Notes under the pieces: generated by a model
What the model was told of the DNA's origin: nothing
Databases searched by the model: none
What the model saw: only the letters and a program-made list of their open reading frames with translations
NCBI GenBank assembly: GCA_045615545.1
Contig: JAZLFA010000040.1
Span: forward strand, 13,667-77,666
Direction: 5' to 3'
DNA: 64,000 nucleotides
Origin: Bacilli bacterium
Lineage (GTDB): Bacteria > Bacillota_I > Bacilli_A > RFN20 > CAG-826
Translations under genes and position numbers: made by a program
Shown here: piece by piece, positions 58,648 to 64,000 of the stretch
How the letters are laid out: each line of letters begins with the position of its first letter
Numbering within the stretch: position 1 is the stretch's first letter

Positions 58648-59109
58648 ATGAAAAGATTAAGTAGCGTTTGGTTTATGGCATTTAGCGTTGTTTTGGGATT
58701 ATTATCACTCTTAATGATGTTTGTTCCTTTATTCAAAGCCGGTGGAACAGTTTATAACGCCACTACCGGATTCTTTGGTTCGGGTTCAGGTATCGCTGGT
58801 ACTAAAGGTGCATGGCCAGCATTTGTTGGATTTATGCTTATCTTAGTTAGCACGCTTGCAGTGTTGATTATCTCTTTACCAATCAATATTTCATTCGGTG
58901 TTGAAAAACTCGTTCTTATTGGTGGTTCTATTCTAGATTTAATTGGTTTAGTTCTCATCATGCTCATCACCGTTGAATGGTGTGACATAAACAACTGGAT
59001 TATGTCTCCAAGTAATGGTGCTTGGTTATATCCAGGAAGTTACCTCGCTAGTTTCTTTGCTTTATTAGCCGTTTGTTGCAATGTTCAAGCATATAGACTA
59101 GATAAGTAA
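58648..59109 (+). CDS. Small four-TM membrane protein, unknown function (similar architecture to the preceding gene)
   Basis: 153 aa with a strong RBS (AAGGGGG). Four TM helices and a Gly-rich loop. Confidence 0.4.
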   Translation: MKRLSSVWFMAFSVVLGLLSLLMMFVPLFKAGGTVYNATTGFFGSGSGIAGTKGAWPAFVGFMLILVSTLAVLIISLPINISFGVEKLVLIGGSILDLIGLVLIMLITVEWCDINNWIMSPSNGAWLYPGSYLASFFALLAVCCNVQAYRLDK

Positions 59110-59124
59110 TTCATTAATCAAAAC

Positions 59125-59160
59125 CAAAAAAAGCAGCGATAATAATAACCGCTGCTTTTA
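59125..59160. terminator. Hairpin AAAAAAAGCAGCG-ataataataac-CGCTGCTTTTA (bidirectional)
   Basis: 7-bp GC-rich stem with A and T runs, between convergent genes. Confidence 0.6.
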
Positions 59161-59175
59161 CTTTGTAAAATCTTA

Positions 59176-60885
59176 TTAGAATTTATCGATATCAAATTCG
59201 TTAAGAACTTTTGTACATCCTTTAATAACCTTAGCAACATTGACATCAATAAATGGATTACGTAAATGGTTCTTTTCAAGGTTAGAGACAAATGGTAATT
59301 TACCACCACATTTACAAAGCTTAACATATTTCTTCCAAGCCTTTTCGTGATTTTTGCGATCTTCTAAGAAGAATTGGAATGCCACTACTTGAGCAAGAGT
59401 GTAATCAATGTAATAGAATGGAGAACTAAAGATATGTGTTTGTCTCATCCAAATTGTACCTTTGTTTAAGGTTGGAGTATCATCAAATTTCTTATGTGGA
59501 GTATATCTGCTTTCAATATCTTTCCAAACAGCACATCTTTCTTCGTGTGTAGCAGTTGGATGTTCATAAACCCAGTGTTGGAATTCATCAACAGTGATTC
59601 CATATGGTAAGAATTCAATAGAATCAGATAAATGATGATAACAATATTTTTCTTCATCTTTGCCAAAGAAACCTTTTAAGTATGGCCAAGCGAAGAATTC
59701 CATTGACATACTATGAATTTCACAAGTTTCTAATGTTGGATTTCTATATGCTGGAATTTTAATATTTGAACATACATAAGCTTGGAAAGCATGACCGCCT
59801 TCGTGGGTTAAAACATTAACATCACCTTGAGTGCCATTAAAGTTAGAGAAAATAAATGGCGCTTTATATAGTGGGAAGTATGTGCAATATCCACCAGGTT
59901 GTTTACCCGCTCTAGCAGAAAGATCAAGCAATTCGTTTCTAATCATGAAATCAAAATATTCACCACTTTCTTCACTTAAAGCGTGATACATCTTTTTAGC
60001 TTGAGCGACTAGATATTTTTCGTCACCAGCTGGAAGAGGATTTCCGCTTCTAAATGAAACATTATAATCGTAATATTGTGGGTTTTTGATGCCCAAATTC
60101 TTCATTTGTTTCTTATATAACTTGTTACAGACAGGGACAACTGACTCAGCAATTTGAGCGCGATATCCTTTAACATCTTTAGCATTATAATCTGTACGTC
60201 CAAGTCTTAAATAACCAAGTTCTACGAAGTTCTTAAAACCAAGCTTTTTAGCCATAGAATCACGAACAGTAACAAGTTTAGAATATGTGTCAGCAATTTC
60301 CTTCTCGTTTTCTGCTAACCATTTATCCATTGCTTGAGCAGCTTCTTTACGGGTATTTCTATCATTATCTTGAAGATATTTTCCTAATTGAGATAGGTTA
60401 ATAACTTCGCCTCTAAATTCAATTTTAGCGCCGCCCATAATTTCGTTATAATGACTTGATAATTTGTTTTCTTCAATTAACTCTGGAATGATTTTGTCAT
60501 CAAATGCTTTTAATGAGCTATCAATCATTTCAAAGTAATATTTACCCAAGATTTTTTCGAGATCTTTTCTATATCTAGCTTTAGCAAGAACCTTATTAAA
60601 TTCATTTGAGTATTTGCTTAATAATGGTGTTAGTTCATCAACACGATCTTGAGCGTTCTTATAAACTTTGTTTGTAGTATCTAATGAATACAAAACATAG
60701 ATAACACTGATTTGTGTTTCTAATTCATCATTAAATTTGTTCCAATGTTTAATTGCGGTCATGGCTGTTTTAGCACTACCACATTCTTTTAATTCTTCAA
60801 CTAACTTTTCAAGTTTGTTGATGGTTCTTTTTTCGGTTGGAACAATCAATGGATACTTAGAAAATTTTAATTCTTCAGTTTGCAT
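59176..60885 (-). CDS. pepF: Oligoendopeptidase F (M3B family)
   Basis: 569 aa. HEGGH zinc-binding motif (LTHEGGHAF). Confidence 0.85.
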   Translation of the reverse strand: MQTEELKFSKYPLIVPTEKRTINKLEKLVEELKECGSAKTAMTAIKHWNKFNDELETQISVIYVLYSLDTTNKVYKNAQDRVDELTPLLSKYSNEFNKVLAKARYRKDLEKILGKYYFEMIDSSLKAFDDKIIPELIEENKLSSHYNEIMGGAKIEFRGEVINLSQLGKYLQDNDRNTRKEAAQAMDKWLAENEKEIADTYSKLVTVRDSMAKKLGFKNFVELGYLRLGRTDYNAKDVKGYRAQIAESVVPVCNKLYKKQMKNLGIKNPQYYDYNVSFRSGNPLPAGDEKYLVAQAKKMYHALSEESGEYFDFMIRNELLDLSARAGKQPGGYCTYFPLYKAPFIFSNFNGTQGDVNVLTHEGGHAFQAYVCSNIKIPAYRNPTLETCEIHSMSMEFFAWPYLKGFFGKDEEKYCYHHLSDSIEFLPYGITVDEFQHWVYEHPTATHEERCAVWKDIESRYTPHKKFDDTPTLNKGTIWMRQTHIFSSPFYYIDYTLAQVVAFQFFLEDRKNHEKAWKKYVKLCKCGGKLPFVSNLEKNHLRNPFIDVNVAKVIKGCTKVLNEFDIDKF

Positions 60886-60896
60886 AGTTTTTCTCC

Positions 60897-62501
60897 TTAT
60901 TTATGAATGATGAGAGACTCTTCATTCATTTCAACTGGTTTAGTTTCTCCCAATAACTCAATGATTGTAGGAGCAATATTGGCAAGTTTGCCACCTTCTT
61001 TAACTAATTCAATATCAGTTCTATTAATACAGAATGGTACGAGATTAGTTGTATGAGCAGTAAATGGCTTACCATTTGCGTCTAATATTTCTTCTGCATT
61101 ACCATGATCGGCTGTTACTAATAATGTAGCGTCATTGGCTTCACACCAATCAATAATCTTACCGACGCATTCATCAACGGTTTCTACAGCTTTAACAACT
61201 GCGTTATGAACAGCAGTATGCCCAACCATATCACAGTTAGCAAAATTCAATATGACAACATCTAGATAGTGTTTATTTAATTCAACCATTAATGCATCAA
61301 GAACTTTATAAGCACTCATTTCTGGTTGTAAATCGTATGTCGCGACTTTAGGCGAGTTAATAAGGACTCTAGTGCAATTATTAAGTTCAGGTCTTTCTAC
61401 ACCATCAAAATTCATTGTGGCATCAAAGAAGAAAGTAACGTGAGCGTATTTTTCTGTTTCAGCAATACGAAGCTGCTTATAGCCATGTTCAGCAAGCCAA
61501 ACACCAAGAATGTTAGTCATTTTTGGAAGTTCGAAAGCAATCTTTCCTTTAACGCTGTCAGCGTATTTCATCGTACAGACATAAAATATACCTTTAAGTG
61601 GGTGAGTAGGAACATAAGGTTTATATGCCAATGTTCCATCTTCTTTAACAGGAGGATGTTCATAGAACATTGGATTAGTAAATAATGTTGAAATTTGAAT
61701 TGCTCTATCTGGACGATAATTCATAAAGATGATTGCATCGTTATCAGAAATTCTTCCATCGCAATTTGCGTTATAGTGAGGAATAAGGAATTCATCACTT
61801 GCTTCTTTACCCATTTTTGGCAATTCTTCATATTGTTCTTTGAAGAATTTTTTATAATCAGTAAAGCTTGGACCATCATGATCGACCATACAACGATATG
61901 CGACATCAACACGGTCCATGTTTTTATCTCTATCCATGCCCCAATATCTTCCGCCGATATCAGCAATATGACCAAAATGTAATTCGTCCATTTTTGTTTG
62001 AATCATATCAACATATGTAACACCAGCTTGAGGATTAACATCTCTTCCATCCATAAAGCAGTGAACAAATACATCATCAAGGCCTTCTTTTTTAGCCATT
62101 TCAATCATTGCTAATATGTGCGTAATGTGTGAGTGTACGCCCCCATCACTCGTGAGACCAAAAATATGGAGTTTTGAATGATTCTTTTTAGCGTGTTCAA
62201 TTGCTTCTAAATAGGTTGGGTTAGCAAAGAATGTTTTATCTTTAATCGCTTTATTAATCAATGTTAATGATTGGTACACAATACGGCCTGCTCCTATGTT
62301 CATGTGGCCAACTTCTGAGTTGCCCATTTGCCCATCAGGAAGTCCAACGTATTCACCAGAAGCATTAATCATCGTATAAGCATACTTATTAAAGAAAGCA
62401 TCTAAATGTGGTTTTTTAGCTTCTAAGATTGCATTACCATTAGGATTAGATCTAATACCATATCCATCCATAATGCATAAAATAATAGGTTTCTTTTTCA
62501 T
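60897..62501 (-). CDS. gpmI: 2,3-bisphosphoglycerate-independent phosphoglycerate mutase
   Basis: 534 aa. N-terminus ILCIMDGYG and metalloenzyme motifs (VTADHGN). Confidence 0.9.
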   Translation of the reverse strand: MKKKPIILCIMDGYGIRSNPNGNAILEAKKPHLDAFFNKYAYTMINASGEYVGLPDGQMGNSEVGHMNIGAGRIVYQSLTLINKAIKDKTFFANPTYLEAIEHAKKNHSKLHIFGLTSDGGVHSHITHILAMIEMAKKEGLDDVFVHCFMDGRDVNPQAGVTYVDMIQTKMDELHFGHIADIGGRYWGMDRDKNMDRVDVAYRCMVDHDGPSFTDYKKFFKEQYEELPKMGKEASDEFLIPHYNANCDGRISDNDAIIFMNYRPDRAIQISTLFTNPMFYEHPPVKEDGTLAYKPYVPTHPLKGIFYVCTMKYADSVKGKIAFELPKMTNILGVWLAEHGYKQLRIAETEKYAHVTFFFDATMNFDGVERPELNNCTRVLINSPKVATYDLQPEMSAYKVLDALMVELNKHYLDVVILNFANCDMVGHTAVHNAVVKAVETVDECVGKIIDWCEANDATLLVTADHGNAEEILDANGKPFTAHTTNLVPFCINRTDIELVKEGGKLANIAPTIIELLGETKPVEMNEESLIIHK

Positions 62502-62510
62502 AATATCTCC

Positions 62511-63089
62511 TTAAGCAATAATTTGCTTATCATTTACTTTTGCAAGTTTATATATGTATCTAGTTGGAAGAAAATGGATCCAATAGTTATAACCAATAAC
62601 ATCAGCATTATATGTTGCAACTAACATACGATAATTTGTATCCATTTCTTCAATAGAAGATAGTGCTTGTTTAATTTCATTATGTTTATTTAAAATTTCA
62701 TCTCCACGAACAATAACAACAATTTCATTTTTAAGCTGATTTAATGTTGCTCTTGCTGCGATACAAGAAGGCGTATCAGGAGAAGAAAAACATTTAGTAT
62801 CAATTTGAGTGTATTTATTAACATATTCCGTATTTACTGGAATTGCGTATTTATTAACAAGCTCAAGTAATTTATGAATATTGTCATATTTTGATTGTAA
62901 AAATACAGCGATAGCGTGAGTATGTTTCTTTAAATTAACTTTAAAAGAAACGAAGAAAATAAAATCGATGAGTACAAAGATTAAATAAACACTCACAATG
63001 ATTCCAATAACTAATAATGCGATTTGGTAACCTTCCATAGTATAAAAATAATACCACAAGTGAATAAATATATTCAAATAAATCGCCAA
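62511..63089 (-). CDS. LemA-like single-pass membrane protein
   Basis: N-terminal TM. The C-terminus YRMLVATYNADVIGYNYWIHFLPTRYI resembles the LemA YN..V..YN.....FP tail. The start is possibly the internal MEGYQ at 63038. Confidence 0.35.
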   Translation of the reverse strand: MAIYLNIFIHLWYYFYTMEGYQIALLVIGIIVSVYLIFVLIDFIFFVSFKVNLKKHTHAIAVFLQSKYDNIHKLLELVNKYAIPVNTEYVNKYTQIDTKCFSSPDTPSCIAARATLNQLKNEIVVIVRGDEILNKHNEIKQALSSIEEMDTNYRMLVATYNADVIGYNYWIHFLPTRYIYKLAKVNDKQIIA

Positions 63090-63137
63090 TTTGACATATA
63101 TTATCTATTTTGATAATATAAAAAAGAGGTTAAAAAG

Positions 63138-63974
63138 ATGAGTAAACCAATATTAGCTATTTTATACGATTTCGATAAAACATTATCGACAACCGATATG
63201 CAAAACTATTCATTCATTCCAAATCTAGGATTAGAACCAAGTGAGTTCTGGGGTAAAACTTGTCAGTTCACAGAATCACAAGGAGTAGAAAGAATCCTTT
63301 CTTATATGTATGTAATGCTTAGCGAAGCTAAAAAGAAAAACATTAAAGTCACAAAAGAATACCTAAATGAATGTGGTAAAAACATTAAATTCAATCCTGG
63401 GGTATTAACTTGGTTCAAAAGAATTAATGAATACGCAGCAAGCAAAGGAATGGTCGCAGAACATTATCTTGTAAGTTCGGGTACAAAAGAGATTGTTGAA
63501 GGCTCAGCAATTTGTAAAGAATTTAAAGAAATATATGGATGTGAATTTTTCTTTGATGATAACGGTGAAGCTGTATGGCCAAAACGCGCTATCAACTTTA
63601 CACAAAAGACACAATTTATCTTCCGTGTTGCTAAGGGCGCAACTGATGCAAACGATGATGACGGTGTAAACCAAAAAACTAACGTACTTAGAGTCCCATT
63701 CTCAAACATGATTTATATGGGTGATGGGATGACTGATATTGCCTCTATGACTTTAGTCAAGAAAAACGGAGGAACATCTATTGCGGTATATCCAGAAAAA
63801 GATATTCAAAAGGTTAAACAAATCTATGATGATAAGCGTTGTAGCTTTGTGGTTCCAAGCAATTTCTCAGCTGGTTCTAGACTTGAAAAAATTCTACAAT
63901 TAATTATCGATAAATTATCACTTCAAGAAACAATCGATGAACGTGAAAAAACACTTGCAAATCTATATTCATAA
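63138..63974 (+). CDS. HAD-superfamily hydrolase
   Basis: 278 aa. Motif I LYDFDKTL and motif IV YMGDGMTDIASM. Confidence 0.6.
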   Translation: MSKPILAILYDFDKTLSTTDMQNYSFIPNLGLEPSEFWGKTCQFTESQGVERILSYMYVMLSEAKKKNIKVTKEYLNECGKNIKFNPGVLTWFKRINEYAASKGMVAEHYLVSSGTKEIVEGSAICKEFKEIYGCEFFFDDNGEAVWPKRAINFTQKTQFIFRVAKGATDANDDDGVNQKTNVLRVPFSNMIYMGDGMTDIASMTLVKKNGGTSIAVYPEKDIQKVKQIYDDKRCSFVVPSNFSAGSRLEKILQLIIDKLSLQETIDEREKTLANLYS

Positions 63975-64000
63975 AATAGACAAATTTATCGAAAGTGCAT

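Overview
Low-GC (roughly 30% GC) Firmicutes-type chromosomal segment read with the standard genetic code. The organism is Bacilli/Erysipelotrichia-like to judge from spx, the yjbK-like CYTH gene beside nadK, ylbF, yitT and archaeal-type proS. Most of the window is housekeeping: priA-gmk, a complete F1Fo ATP synthase operon (atpI-B-E-F-H-A-G-D-C) with a PPi-type phosphofructokinase translationally coupled to its 5' end, glpK, proS, trpS, metK behind an S-box-like leader and terminator, rnj, def, coaD, rsmD, nadK, spx, hpf, gpmI, pepF, mgtE, and five tRNAs (Gly-TCC, Ser-GCT, Ser-CGA, Ser-GGA, Leu-GAG), most followed by strong bidirectional terminator hairpins. The clearly accessory part is a roughly 4.5 kb island directly downstream of tRNA-Ser(GGA) (43.6-48.1 kb). 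It carries two diverged paralogous AAA(AAA_14)+DUF4143 ATPase genes with apparently intact C-terminal PD-(D/E)xK-like motifs, an IS150-group (IS3 family) remnant with truncated orfB, a different 23-bp triple direct repeat upstream of each paralog, an unannotated 37-codon HTH (excisionase-like) ORF, and 26-bp hairpin-containing direct repeats flanking the second paralog. I regard this island as the best candidate for an undescribed defence or mobile system. Other notable loci are: an orphan partner-switching pair (STAS antagonist plus RsbW-like kinase, no sigma factor) heading a lipoprotein/ABC-2 transporter/HAD operon; a membrane-anchored protein with a catalytically degenerate EAL domain co-transcribed with proS; a stand-alone PduL-type phosphotransacylase plus TSCPD mini-protein next to metK; an unknown 372-aa protein translationally coupled to glpK; and a Cys-less PTS EIIB-like mini-protein. 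No rRNA and no CRISPR array were seen.
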